Positions 37,701 through 51,100 of a DNA stretch of 64,000 nucleotides are shown here, in pieces. Where the stretch lies: NCBI GenBank assembly GCA_965637545.1, contig OZ281497.1, positions 26,970,001 through 27,034,000 of the forward strand. Reading direction: 5' to 3'. This DNA comes from Phallusia mammillata (taxonomy: Eukaryota). Position numbers and translations under genes: made by a program. The notes beneath the pieces are model-generated. The model did no database searches. It worked only from the letters and a program-made list of their open reading frames with translations, and had not been told where the DNA came from. The number at the start of each line of letters is the position of its first letter. The first letter of the stretch is position 1.

Positions 37701-40700
37701 CTTCTGTTTTAATAGTTGTATTTGTACCAGTACAAACATGATACCAACTCCATCGCTTATATTCAACAGTTCTCAAGTTTAATCCGAAATATAACGGCCC
37801 AAATAGACGTCAAAAGCGACATGCTTTATTGTTCAGACGTTTCGGCAAATGCTCATGCCATCATCAGTGATATAAAGCATGTCGCCTTTACGTTTATTTA
37901 CGGGGCTGTTAAATTCTTCATTATTCTTATGAACAGATCCGTGTCTAGTGTTTCAATGGTTCTCAAATCCACAAAAACTTCTATATTAATCCAACCGTTC
38001 TATAACACATTATGTTTTTTTGTTGGAAGTTTGGAAACATTCTGTGCAGCTTCAGCGATTCGTGTAAAGTAAACTCACGGTGAAGCCAATAGTTTAATGT
38101 GAAAATTTTGACTTTAGAATAATGAAAATAACTTCTAAAACTGTACATACCTGTATCAGTGCAAGGACTGTCGGGTCGGCTTGAAGCTCGTAACTGATCC
38201 GTTGCGCGGTTTTGAAGTTGGCGCAAAACTCTCCATAAACTTTAAACTCGTCCCTCTGCAAAATACAAGTTGTTTGTCAAAATTATCAGTTCACTTATAC
38301 ATCGCTCTTATGTCCTTCATTTCTGCTTCAATGTCGATTAACCGTGTTCGTTATGTTTGTGTCCAAACTAGTTTCCAAACAGATCCAAAGGTTGCAACAG
38401 TTTAATTTGTACTTTAATATCTTAACAAATGATGTACTTATTACGTAATATTAAGTTTATGAGCCTATATGGAATCACTTTTAATCAAAAAATGGTGCAA
38501 TACACGTTATATTCACTTATACTTATCAACAAACTGTTTACTAGTTTGTCCACATAAAAAAACGCACACGCTTACTCAAACTTACGTGTTTGAGGAAAAT
38601 GTTGCCTATGCAGTTAGTATAGTAAGGGTATGGTTCCATGACGTCACGCAGAGCGGCTGAGAATCGAACGTGCAACCTGTGGATCTCTCTGATGTTGGAC
38701 AACATTTCGGGGATAGTTCGGGAGGTGACACATGCAATCTTCTCATCTTTGGCAAGTCGTTGCAGACTTGGAATAATAACCTGTTGAAGGCCACGGAACT
38801 ATTATTAGAGTGAATGCTTTGTCTTATATGTGTGGGCACAGCTTGCGCACATACGGTTGCTTGCAGTGGCCCTCAGTGTACTCAGGGAGCTTGTGTGTAT
38901 GCCCAGGTACATTAAAATATATGGTGCACATAAACTGGTGTGTGACCACAGCATGTACATCTAATGTTGCTCACAGTGGTCCATATAGCACTCAGGGCTC
39001 ATGTGTGAATGTACAGACACATCAAATTCTATGCTGCATCTCACAGAGGCCCTTTCAATACTCAGGGAACTTGTGTGTATTCCAGGACACATGAAAATCC
39101 CCGCTGGACATAAACTAGTAAGTGACCACACAGCATGCACATCTAATATTGCTCGCAGTGTTTTTAAAGAGCTTGTATGTCCATAAATGACAAACTAAAG
39201 AGAACTCTTTTAACAATAAGGCAACAGTTTCAGTATTGGATCACAACAACAGGGCTTCTGCTACACCAACAAACACTTACGTCAACGATAAACTGGAGTA
39301 ACTTGGCGTAATCTTCTTCAGTTTCGAGTATCTCCTTGAGCACATACATCCTCAACTTTTGCTCCCCAGTGAGAGCATAACCTCTTCCTCCCTCCTTCTC
39401 GCTTCCTCCGGGATCAGCTTCGTTGATCTGCATCGCTCCCTTCACTGTCTTCCTCATGGTTCTGCGAAAAAAACAAGTTATATGGTGATAAAGATTGAGA
39501 ACCACTGGACTCTTGAAACCAATGAGGGATGAGGCAATTGTTTGCTTATTAATTGTTTGGTACAAAGTTGATTAGGCCCGAAAGTTTGATTGACAGGTCT
39601 ATACATTGAAGCCTCAGGAGAGATCAAGACAACAAACACAATTGGTCTTAAACAAGGCGTTTTAGGGCTGTTTGACATGAGATCAAGTCCAGCAACTGGC
39701 TTGTGAAAAAAAAGTTATGAAAACGGTCATCCACATAACAATAGGGCTAAATTTATTAACGACAGTTCAAAACAATTTATATTTAAAATTGCGTCGGTGT
39801 TACCAGCAGGAAACGTTCATCAATATGCTTAAAAGACGTTATATATACGTTTAATTTGCCACTGTGTACATAAATATCATAAACGGGAAAACAACACCGT
39901 TATAATTAACAGGTTATATTTTGGTGATCAACATCCTGACATTTGCCTGTTTAGCATTAAAATGCAAATTAGCCTTGGTCAGGTTTCATGAAGTGAAACG
40001 TTATCTAATCTCGAACTTTTTTTGTGGCATTTTTGTACCTTTTGATCTGCGTTGCTTCGGGCATTTTAGCCTGACGTTTGGAAATCAGATCAATGCGACT
40101 TATTTTATGGTTATAAACTTCTTAAAGTTGTCGATTTATCAAAGCTAAAAAGGAAAAGGAAATTTGTTACAGCACGACCGGCGGCTGTTTATAGCAACAT
40201 TGATAGCTTACAATCAATAAACCATTTCTTAAAAACTCAGTAAGTATGAAGTATAACGGAAGTGTAACAGTTTAAAGAACATCATACATATTGTTTATGA
40301 TTTTGTATGTACATTTTACCAACGACATCCTTAAACCAACAACTAACACTTCGACTGTACAAGCGCTTGTCGCCCCCAAAAAAGCAGTTTAGAAGACATC
40401 AAGCATAAGGGAGGCTGAGTTTGTCACAAAAAACTTAAATCAAACACTATCAGCTTTAACACGACTTTCTATTTAACTCAAGAAACTGAATTCACCAGAT
40501 TACTATTTGGTACAACATTTTGCATGGCAGCATTATGCTCGTACAAAGACAGACACTAACATTCTTATCTCAACGTTCAGCCTTTGTAAAGAAAAAACAC
40601 ACACAAACCCGTCTTAACCTGCAATACTGCTGTTAAACTGAAACCACGTCTGCAGATGGTCACAAATTGTAATCAAACAGTCTCTACATCCGACTAGAAA

Positions 40701-43700
40701 CGTCGTCATGTTACGCTGAAAAATCACGACTGCGTGCAAAGGATCTGACTCTATGGAAATGCACACTTAACGATGACAAACCATTATAACAGTAGTTCTC
40801 AAACTGTGCGTCGCGACGCCCTGGTGCGTCGTTTCAATTTTCCAAGGGCGTCGCAGAAAAGTTCCGTTTCGTGACTTTATGTTGTTGTATCAATAAACAC
40901 AACTTTAATAATAAGTTTCCTCATTAACTTTTATTTGCTAGTGCGTCGCAAGTCAACGGAATTTTTCCAGAGGCGTCGCAACAAAAAAAGTTTGAGAACC
41001 ACTGCATTATAACATTAGAGTTGGTTGTTTTGCATGCCGAGAATTTTTGACTATACATTTAAGTACAGTTTAATACATGGGTTCCCAACCTGTGGTACGC
41101 GAAGGTTTTTCAGGTGGTACGCGAGTAGCTTCCGTTTTTTTCACAAAAACTGGGTGCGCCCAGAAATGACTTTCGATGCGCTGTTAGCAAATTTACACCG
41201 CGCATCGACCAATAGGTGGACAGTAAACAAACACCAAAATCTCGTTAAATTCAGTTGTGTTGCTTTAGTGTTATTTTAGTAGGCCAATATTATTCTTCAT
41301 AAATATATTTCGATCAAATTAGTTGTTCTGTACAAAGTGGTACGAGTGGCAGTAAAGAGCGCCTAAGTGGTACGAGATTGTAAAAAGGTTGGGAACCCCT
41401 GGTTTAATAGAATTTAAACTACTGCTTCGTTGTGTTCAGCTTATTGTGATTTATTACCGACATTAAAAATGTTAAAGACCCCTTTTAGAATTTGACATGC
41501 TATGCGAGATAACAAAGTATAGCTAAAAACAACTAAGATTGGACTACAATCAGAAAACGTAACAAACGGTTCAATTTTTGGACTTTTGTTAGTACAACAT
41601 ATGTTTTCACACTAGGAACGGTCTAAAATTCATTACGTTGTCGTCGTTTTCACTTTATTTTAAAAGCGGCCACCAAGCAAACACAAATATATTGCTTTTT
41701 GTTTAATTTCAGCGAATTGTGTGTGGAAGTAATTTGCTCAAATTTTGTGCTTGACTGACATATTGTGTTGACACGAGACGGCGGTATTTATGCAATGTAA
41801 CAGACGATGTTTAAATTTACCCTTCGCACAATAGAGATTAACACGCAAGTGAAATATGTCTAACACATTTTAGCTATGTCTTGTAAATCGTATTGTTAAT
41901 CACTTTTTCTTTCTACATAACATCTATGCTGTACTATGCCTAACTAAGAGTATTTTGGCAAATCTGAATGGCTTTAATACGCTTTGTTTTTTCTGCCTTA
42001 CTAATCCAACAACTTTTCGTTTGTAATACTTAGCTTTCATATATGTGTTAAAACATAACGATTTACCACCTTAAACTATTACCTTGCCTATCGACTGCCA
42101 GTTCTGAGTTATTTGATAGACTTGCATACACTTATGTAAAGATTTTTTCATCCATATAATATCCGAACTTGAATTGCTCGAATACAAAATGAAAGGGCGT
42201 GCTACGTTCGATAAACTAACCAACTAACTAACTAAGTCTTAGATGTGTAAACTATCAATATAAAAGCAACTCTAAAACATGTGACAATTTATAAAAATAA
42301 CAATGCGTAAACTTGTGGTCTAGATGTCGTTAAAAATACATAATAACCGCTAATATAGTCTTTACGTAGCAGTAGTGTCACAATCAACGCTACGCATAGC
42401 TGTCATAACAACAAAAACAACAACAACGTTTTGCTGTACGCTCCATCTACTGAAGACTTGTACATGCATTGTGACGTCACTATCCGTTATTTCGGGGTGC
42501 GTAAGAATTCCGAGATTAAAAATACCCAGCGCAAGATTTTTAGGGGAAGGGATATTGCCCTAATTGTCGGAAATAAAACAGGCGTTCCACAAAGTGATGC
42601 GTCATTGTGCATTACGACAGGAAACGTATTAGTGTTAATTACGCAATACGCCTAACATGTAACGTTTTGTGAAGTAATAGTTTTGAAATCGTGTCGAAAT
42701 TTTGTATTTTACTTTCTTGTAGATTTGCTAGATGACAAAATCAAAAAACGGCTTTGCAAGCTTTTTGTTATTAGTGCTTGGCACGTGTGCTGTGCAAGCC
42801 TTTGATATAGCCATACATAGGGTTGCCATACTGTCCTTATTTCTAAGATTTGTCCTTATTTTCACTTGAGTCCTTATTTTGTCACATTTTCAACATTTCC
42901 AAGTCAAATCTCCGCTACGAGCAAACAGTAAACCTATAGACCTGAGCTGTCGTGGGACGCGCGAAGTATTTTCTACGAACAAGAAATTGCTGGAACAGAT
43001 TGTTTCTGGCATAAAATATGGCAGATGATATGTCCTGGCTTGTATCAATGCAAAGATTTTTTTAAAAACGTTTTTTTCATAATGAATGAAATTTTGATTT
43101 TTCGGTTGTCCTTATTTTGCAGTCCATGCCGATGTCAACCCTGTCTATACAGTATTAAACACCATACAAATCTGCTACCTCAAAACACTTAAAACTGACA
43201 CGACCTGTCAAAACACAATCTGTTCGTTGCACATTAATACCCTGTGCTAATAGATAGAAGGAGGAACTTTCATGTAAGGCTAAACTAGCTGACTGCTTGC
43301 ATCAAGCTAAACGTGCAAACAAGTAACACCAATAATGCTGATCGTTGTCACAACATTGAACACATACAATACTAACGCCCTAAACATAAAACACGTCTGA
43401 GTTCATTCATCCTTAAACAGTGTACATACGCTCGCCTCACACAATACAACTGGATGGGCTGTAACTACACGGCGAAGGGAACGTTTTTTCCTAACCTTTA
43501 CCACGTAAGTAGATAAAAATGCGCCAAAACCCAAACTTTGTGCGTCAGAATCAACAAAGCCTAGGGCGCATAACGTGGCTGGTGGCTACGAACGCCCAAT
43601 TGCCGACTGTATAATTTCCCATCTTGTTCTGCAACTTTTTAGCGCTCGTTATTTAGAGGTGCAGTAGAGGTCACATATTTCCTGGATATTAGGTTCGCAA

Positions 43701-46700
43701 GGTCGTACATGGCGGGGTCAATGTGTCGACTGTTAGCTTGTCATAAGCAACGAGAAATTGATTTCGCTACATCGGTTGCTATGGTGCTTTATTGAAAAGG
43801 CGTATGAAACACTGATCATGGATTTATGGCACAGTTTTGCTTTAGTCATAAAACGTATTGTCATGTTAAATTTTTGCTGCTGAAACGAGGTTTACGTATT
43901 GCAATGATATGAGTTTTGTAATACTACTTAATGGGTACGTGTCAGCATTTTTAAAAGTAATTTGTTGGTCAACAGGCTGGGAACTGTTCAGTTAAACACC
44001 AACTGAATTAGGTGGCATCTGAAAGAAAAAGCGACCAAAGGGGCTAAACAGATCAATATTACGCATTAAAGATCTCATTACCAAATCTCTGCTTCCATGC
44101 AACAGAAATTTATACCCTTTGATCTTAACGACATAAGTGGCATCTTCAAAACGCTGTTGAGGTAAGGAGGGCGCCCTGACCTTTCACACACTTCCAATAC
44201 AGCTGTAAATAAACCTCTAGTCTGATATTTTCTAACCCATAAAATGTAATGTACTGCATATATGCCCACCAGGTCCAACAAAATAAATTTACAAACAGTT
44301 GACGCAACAAATTTTCGCAATTTTAACATTTAAAACCAAATATATTAAGACTTTACTTTAAAAACATCGAAAATCTTGAATTTTACTAATCTAATTTTTC
44401 CTAAACAGCAAACCCAATATTCTGACTGATGAAACAACAGCTATAATCATGCAACTACCTTAATTAAAATTAGTCATCGCAAACGTATAAAGCATATTGC
44501 TTTCCTACGCACAGGATAAAGCCAGCTAATGCATAACAACACACGAATTATATCCGCTTCTACCACACTAACAGATAAACATGTTTTTTTTTTCCTTTCT
44601 CTTTTGCCAGACTTTACACGAGAAAGCCATTTCACCGGTTAGGCACATTTAATAATAGAGACTGCATAAATGAATTGCTGAAAAATTAACTCGCAAAATG
44701 GAAATAATTTTGGATCAATGCTTGACTTGGAAAATGTTGATTGTTAGGTGTCAAGAATGTAAGACGTTTAACACGGGGTATTCTGCTTGATGTTCAACAA
44801 TGTTCTACTCGAAAGGTAATTATGTCAACAAACAATCAACGACAATGTTATGAAAGTGCCTAAACTAGTTTCAGTTTAGCCTTTGACTGAGACAAAAGCA
44901 ATCTCCTTTGTTTCTTGTAAAACGTGAAAAAAACCTCCCGATTTCATAAAGAACGCTGTACAGTAAACCAGCTTGCTACTACGTTTAGGATGATTGTAAT
45001 AACAGCAAACTACGTACAATACACATTTTGTTGTACAATAATTCCTCGCAAACAGTTCCTTCACCACTAAATAATGCAGCTGTCAACAACATGTCTGTCG
45101 CTTTAATAACAATTCGTATCACATTTCGTTTCAGTTTCGCGAAAGGAAATATCCATCACACGCATAATCTTATAACAGACATTAACAACCCTGGGTTCGA
45201 CGTGTTTCCCCGAAATTAAAGCAATATTGCGTGCAAATACATGGAGGTTTGGCGACGGTCTCAAACCCCCAACATGCAGTTATGAGAAGTAGCAATCAAT
45301 GCAATTCCTGAGGGACCACGCGTTACGAAATCCTATAACCTGCTCGTTAAAAGCTAGTCAGTTTGCAATATACACTTCGCACATTTACACAAAGTGCAGG
45401 TATTGTACAATTTTTATAGGTAAAGACATGCTGTGAAAAGTAACTTATTTTTCTTATTATAACCAAAAATTTTTTATATTATAAACCGACATTGTTGCAT
45501 ATAATACCAAATTTAGCTAATATGCGTAAAGTTCTGCTTTTTCTCCCGATTAGCAATGGTTTTTAATTTACTAAGCTTGCGCCTTGCTAACACTTTTTTT
45601 TCTTGACTGTCTTTGCGGAACACACAAAGGTTGTTCAAAGAAATTAATTTGCAACGAATTTGTGAGATAAAAATAAAGATCTAGGGTTGTTATGCCCACC
45701 CGTGCTTTGTCACAAAGTCCAAACACATGAGATGACTCCAAAACTATAAAAATTCCGTCTTTTGTAACTAGTTACACTATCTTGCAGTAAAAAAAATGTT
45801 GCAGTAAGCCCTACAAATCACTAGACGTGTTGAAAATAATGAAATTAATTCTTGATGAAATATATCTTGTTACAATAAAGTCTCATTTTGAGTATTTAGT
45901 CGAGAGTACTTCAAAACGTTTCACTTAAAATAACTTCAACAAAGTATTTTAATCGCTTCTTTACACAACACCGCGTCAACTGCACCTCTTTGCTTAAGTG
46001 TGAAATATTGTTTCAAAACATGCATGACCTCGTTACTGTAACTGCTGGATACTACTTGCTTATTGTAAACACAAGAAGGTCGCAAAATCACAAAGACCAG
46101 CTCGAAAACTCCGTTAACAACAAACTAACATCCGCTTAACGCTAAGTGTAATCAACTTCTCTATTGAACAAGGCACAAGTGGTTGTAGCGCACTAGTGTA
46201 AGATTGTTTGACGCAAGAACGGACTGACTTGACCTTAACAATACAGCATTCCACCAAGGCCTAATTGCTCGTCTATGGAAATCAGTTAAACGGTAATTGT
46301 CCGGTTGCTGGGTCCATTGCTAACGACATAGAGTATCGATTCATTAGCCACATTGTTAATGCGTGGGAAAAGTGTATTATTGTTGTTGTTTCCATGGACG
46401 GCCTTACGTTTACTCAGTTTTTAATCTAGACGTGTTTCCTGGGTTTCTTACACGAAAAATACAGCCAATCAAAAGGCAATTTGCATTGTCACAGAAACCG
46501 TTTTATTTTCTAAAATTTCAAACATATTGTCGCATTCCTAGTACAGTATGTATAATTTTTTTCACACCAAAAGCGCAGTTTCTGGCAGTTTAATAAAACG
46601 TTTGAATCCGGCTTAATTTTTAAAATATTTTGTCATGGTACCTTCCGCGTTTCATAATTCCATGCATGACTGATTTCTTGCGTTGAATTCGATTCGCTTT

Positions 46701-48176
46701 GGCGCTGTCGGTTTCGCTTGGGTGATTACTGCCGCGGCTTGTTCCTGTGGTTGTTCTCGTTCTGAAAGAAACAAATCCTGAGTGCAATTTGGCATATATA
46801 AAAGAAAACCAGCATATTTGAACACGAAACGCTGTAATGTGTGGTTCCCAACCCGTTACATTCCTCCCTTCGCCCATTTTCGAACTATTCATTCCTTCCC
46901 ATAAGAAGAAAAACAAATATAACATAAAAAATTATAGCAATTTGAAATAGACCTTATAATTAGGGATATCCATTCAGAATCCTTTACCAAATGTGAACCG
47001 GGTCCAAATTATAATGGACATAATAATGTACACACAGAAATATTCTGTTTCCAATGTAATTTTTTTGCAGTTTTTATGAAATTCCTCCCCTGAACTCATA
47101 AAATTCCTCCCTGGGGAGGAATTCCTCCCCGGTTGGGAACCACTGCTGTAATGGAAGGTTTTAATAAAACGAACATCACAAACCATGAGATTATGCACTT
47201 ATGCTGTTTTTCTATTAAAATATTGAATCAAAACCTGTTTAAGTAAGCAAAGTATTTCATAATTAAGTTCCACAACCCCATATTATCCAATCTCATTTGT
47301 TTGTTTGTTCTTATGTATTTTGGAAAACTATGTTACAATCTATGATACAGCTTGCCTAATATCAGGTCTAAACATTGTATCAGTAACAAAAATTTATGTG
47401 CGGTGCAGACAAATCTTTTGAAAAAATTTGCACGTTACAAAACTTTGACTCGAAAGGTTTTGTGGAAATTGAAAAGGCTCATTGCTCCCACCTTGTGGTC
47501 GAATTGGTGTTTGTTCTGCCTTCGCGCTGCCGGAAGAACCACTTTGCCGATCGCATTGTTGTACTGTGGTTGCTATGTGTGCTAGACATCGATGACGAAC
47601 GGCTGTGTGACGGATTAACAACCTCAACGCGATCTGGGGACAAAACAAGAAGAATTTGTGAACGAAAACAGTGTTTATTCATCACCAGTACCGTATTGAT
47701 GCAAGTTAATGCTGGTACGATGCTTTAAACTAGATTTAAAATGGGATCAATCATATGCGTCTTTGCTAAGGTATGTATTTTCCGTGGGTTTATGATATTA
47801 CACTGCATCAACTTTATCCTTATTTCTTTCAAACAAAGATTTGTTTTAACCATATTTTTATTTTAACAAAACAAAACATGATATATTGTTACTATTTGTA
47901 AGTTTATTGAACTGACATATTGTCAGTTACGACAATGCGGGCCTGATCACACAATAAAACTCATGAACATGCCATCATGAAGAGTTCCCAAATATTGTAT
48001 TTATATCCCCAATAAGTTTTCGCGACTATAAAAAACGCTTAGGTTTCAGTCATATTATTACCCGGAACTTGCAGAGTCACCACACTCTTATATTCATTTG
48101 CTTGTGGTACGGTTTCTACTTTGACGTCATCAGCGGATAGATCCGTCACTGTTATATCCCCGTAACCGTTTTCCAT
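34742..48176 (-). CDS. Rho-family GEF with a P-Rex-like DH domain and a DAPP1-like PH domain, about 564 aa, 11 coding exons
   Basis: Exons (minus) 48176-48062, 47633-47492, 46761-46642, 39461-39281, 38780-38586, 38255-38151, 37563-37396, 36460-36353, 36083-35881, 35470-35369, 34997-34742, all phase-compatible. DH motifs: [70 protein letters not shown]. PH motifs: KQGFMTKQGGSVKTWNIRWFTL...RTYYM...EWLTILNWK. The three N-terminal exons are less certain. Confidence 0.88.
35709..35764 (-). ncRNA. Minimal type I hammerhead ribozyme motif flanked by a perfect 20-bp inverted repeat (35679-35698 / 35818-35837)
   Basis: Minus strand: TTATTTACC-CTGATGA-G-GGCG(ACCTGTAAATAAGA)CGTC-GAAA-CG-TC|GGTGCATAA. 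Stem I pairs at 8 of 9 positions, counting one G.U. Confidence 0.75.
37123..37343. repeat. GTGAAA-rich element with short terminal inverted repeats; probable MITE
   Basis: ttacttacg ... cgtgagtaa ends, with many gtgaaa/atgaaa units. Confidence 0.45.
37816..37885 (-). ncRNA. Minimal type I hammerhead ribozyme motif within a long inverted repeat (37792-37911)
   Basis: Minus strand: TCA-CTGATGA-T-GGCA(TGAGCATT)TGCC-GAAA-CG-TC|TGA. Stem I is extended by the perfect 14-bp pair gcgacatgctttat/ataaagcatgtcgc. Predicted cleavage between 37836 and 37835. Confidence 0.8.
38860..39170. repeat. Degenerate tandem repeat (units anchored on actcaggg; about 180-bp higher-order duplication)
   Basis: ctcaggg at 38881, 38990 and 39061. 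The blocks cttgtgtgtat, acataaact and cagcatg.acatctaat.ttgctc each occur twice. Confidence 0.7.
39572..39698 (+). repeat. Dispersed repeat, copy 2
   Basis: Direct alignment by eye with 18978-19108; the first 30 nt are identical. Confidence 0.85.
40790..41004. mobile_element. hAT-type MITE
   Basis: TIRs cagtagttctcaaac / gtttgagaaccactg, TSD CATTATAA, and internal gcgtcgc repeats. Confidence 0.9.
41076..41401. mobile_element. hAT-type MITE
   Basis: TIRs catgggttcccaacc / ggttgggaacccctg, TSD GTTTAATA, and internal gtggtacg repeats. Confidence 0.9.
42818..43143. mobile_element. hAT-type MITE (AGGGTTG ends)
   Basis: TIRs tagggttgccat / atgtcaaccctg, degenerate TSD gccataca/tctataca, and gtccttattt subterminal repeats. 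Confidence 0.75.
46840..47145. mobile_element. hAT-type MITE
   Basis: Ends tgtggttcccaacc / ggttgggaaccactg, TSD CTGTAATG on both sides, and attcctccc repeats. Confidence 0.85.
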
Positions 48177-51100
48177 CTTGCAGTATTTGCAGCCAATTCA
48201 GGTTTTTAAATTTCAATTTACCTACACCTGTCAGAAACTCTGTCATAAAAATGTGGTCCTTAAATAACTGTAAATCCTAAGCAGCTATTGCAGTATAACA
48301 ACATAAGTCTTCATTTTTTTTTGAAAAAACTAAAAAACAAACAATTTTAACCTGTTTAACCAAATAAAAAAACCAAGGTTGGTTTAATTTTCGGTTATCC
48401 GTATTTTAACTGTAGTTACTAAACAAAAAGTTATAAGCAACAACGTCTGTTTCAGAGGCGCCCAATGGAGTCAAATCGTGACTGGAAGTGTCGTCATCGC
48501 ATTGTTGGTTTCAATATGGGAAGGACCCTTGTTACGTCACAATCATATCTGATGTGTGAACACAAATCTACAGTTTCGGAGCTAATAAAGCCAGTGTAGC
48601 TCTTTTATTAGTTTCATGCTCTATCTTTCTTTTTTGTTAAACGGTTAAAGTCGCAAAAGACACTGAAGACGGATACAGATTTTTCGTATTAAGTTGAAGT
48701 CCTCGTAAACAAAGTTAAGCAAAATATGCAGAACAGAATGGTTCTTAACACCTATCACTATTATACACCAAAACAGTGCATTTATTCCTAGAATACTAGC
48801 TACAATACTGCCAAGACCCAGTTAGTGAACGGACGCACTGGTGCTGCAGTATACGTTGTTTCTAACAATCTAACAATCAATACCGTAATTTTAAAATGAT
48901 TAAACCTATCTACTCTACAAGACCCAATAACGAGGTGTGTCATAAACTGATTGATGTTTCATATGCGACAATGAATGCGTTCCATACGAATAATAATCCA
49001 TTGTCATCCATTGTGCTACGAACTGATTCATTGTCTATACGCGTCAAGTCTTATATGTCAAGTCTTCTACACCTTTAACTTTCTGTGTAGTAAACAATAG
49101 ATGCAACTTACTGAAGTAAATGTTAGTTCTTTACCGCTGAGTGAACAGTAGCAATTACTGGTCATAAATGGTAAACAAACATACTTTAAAAACTCAACCA
49201 AAATCACCATTCACGAAGCAATTGAAACTAAAATTAAAATCGCAACTGCTAAAACATTCACAGTTACAACTACGCAAACTAAACCAAAGTCTTAGGGGAA
49301 TACAAATCAAATTGTCTGGGACGAACAACTGAAAAGGCGCACAAACTACCTAGACCTAACTGCCTAAGTCAAACAAACTGTCGAGTCAGACTGGTTAATA
49401 ATTAGCACTCGGGTTCGGGTAGACGAAGACTACAAATGTTTCTCCACCGAGGCGGAGGTAAACAATATGTGTAGTCTTGGCGGAACTTGCTTACACGCTC
49501 AGTAACTATAGAATGACACACACGTTTAGTAGTAAGTTATAAACGGTTACCACATTGCGTTGCTGAACGCCAAGGAAGTGATGATACGCCACGCGAAAAA
49601 CTATGGGCGGCTGACAGCTTTTAACTTACTCACGCTATAATGTATTGTCAAGTTGCTGCAGTGAGTTTTCAACAAATTGACACATAAACTGGGTGGAACG
49701 TCAAAACAGACTCGAACGAAAAGGTTACATGGAATCAAGCATTTGCAAATTGCTACCGGTAAACTGCCTTAAACTGTTCAGTAAATCACTGGATGCTTGC
49801 TGCAGTTACCTTTATCCAATACAAACCTGACTGGCTGATTTTATTGATCTAATAACTAGTTAGTGACTTATCTAAAACATTTTCGTGGTCCGGTTAAAAA
49901 GTAGTCCAGATTTCTTCCTTCCTGCTGTTCGTAAAAACAGAACAACGCCCCTTCCACTTTAGCAGTAGTAAGACAAATGGCGCATGTCGGTATGAGAACT
50001 ATGTAGGTTACCTGTAAGACCTTGCTGTGTTTACTGATAATAAGCGAAGCGTGAACACCAGCCCGACGTCACAATGGTGAATGTAACTGGATATCAAGTA
50101 CATCAAGGCTCACCAATGGCCTCACACTTCAATTTTTACTGGAGCTTATTTTTTTCGCCATGAAATCTGTTGTTGTGTCGAAAACCTAAGGCAAAAGATA
50201 CAGTAGTTCTGCGTGCACACTTTCTGTGACGTATTACAACTGTTTCTGAGCCAACAAATGCTTTTCGCTGTAAATTAATGACCTGATCGTTTTCAAGACT
50301 TGCTGTACTGTATATGCTGTACTGTATATTTGAATACCTATTTTAAGCACGTGTTTGTCTGGTCAAATAAAATAGGCATTGTATTTTAACAATCCTTACA
50401 ACATGGCCTCGACATCATCCATCGTAAACTGTCCACACAGCAAGAACTATTTTCAAGGTAACTTAAACAAATATTCAGTTTGAAATTTTGGTTAATAACA
50501 TTATACTCCACGACAGTTTGTTTAAGCGAGAAATCCACAACTCCTCAAATTACTAAGAAAAATCGATATACAGTGCCGCCCCTGATAATGCATATTTCTG
50601 CAAACCGATGAACAATAGACATTACAATGTTGTTGCTGTAGTAGCATGATGCTGGCACTGTTCCAAACACAATGAGGCTATGAGCAAACACATTTAGGAT
50701 AGTTACAAGCGGTTTCGTTTGTTGCACAATAATGCCCGGGCATCAAGTTTCAATCGACACTTCCTTGATACTCTGACCCAGTACAGTGCACAATAACATG
50801 GCCGGGCTGAGGTCATCGTCAAAACAACTAAAGCCACAGTTACTTTACTAAACTAAACATGAAGATCATGCAATAAAACCTTTTTTAAATTCTTCTTGAA
50901 CTTATAATTTGAACCTAAATTTTCGTCTTATCCCCAAGGGGCTGCTTTGACTTACAAAACTGACCGCATATTTCACGAAACAACAGCCCTAATTGTAAAA
51001 GTTAGCTATGTCGAAACCTTTATTCAGGACCAATTTGTTCTTGTATCAAACCAAACAACTCTGCGCCCACACCCCGCACAATTCAGTTAGGTCGTATTCC

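Noticed and set aside
38860-39170. CRISPR-like array
   Set aside because: Eukaryotic intron; degenerate tandem units with no constant repeat and unique spacer pattern.
42083-42150. Possible alternative first exon of the GEF (AAG|gtaata)
   Set aside because: The open frames end in phase 0 or 1, but the next exon needs phase 2.
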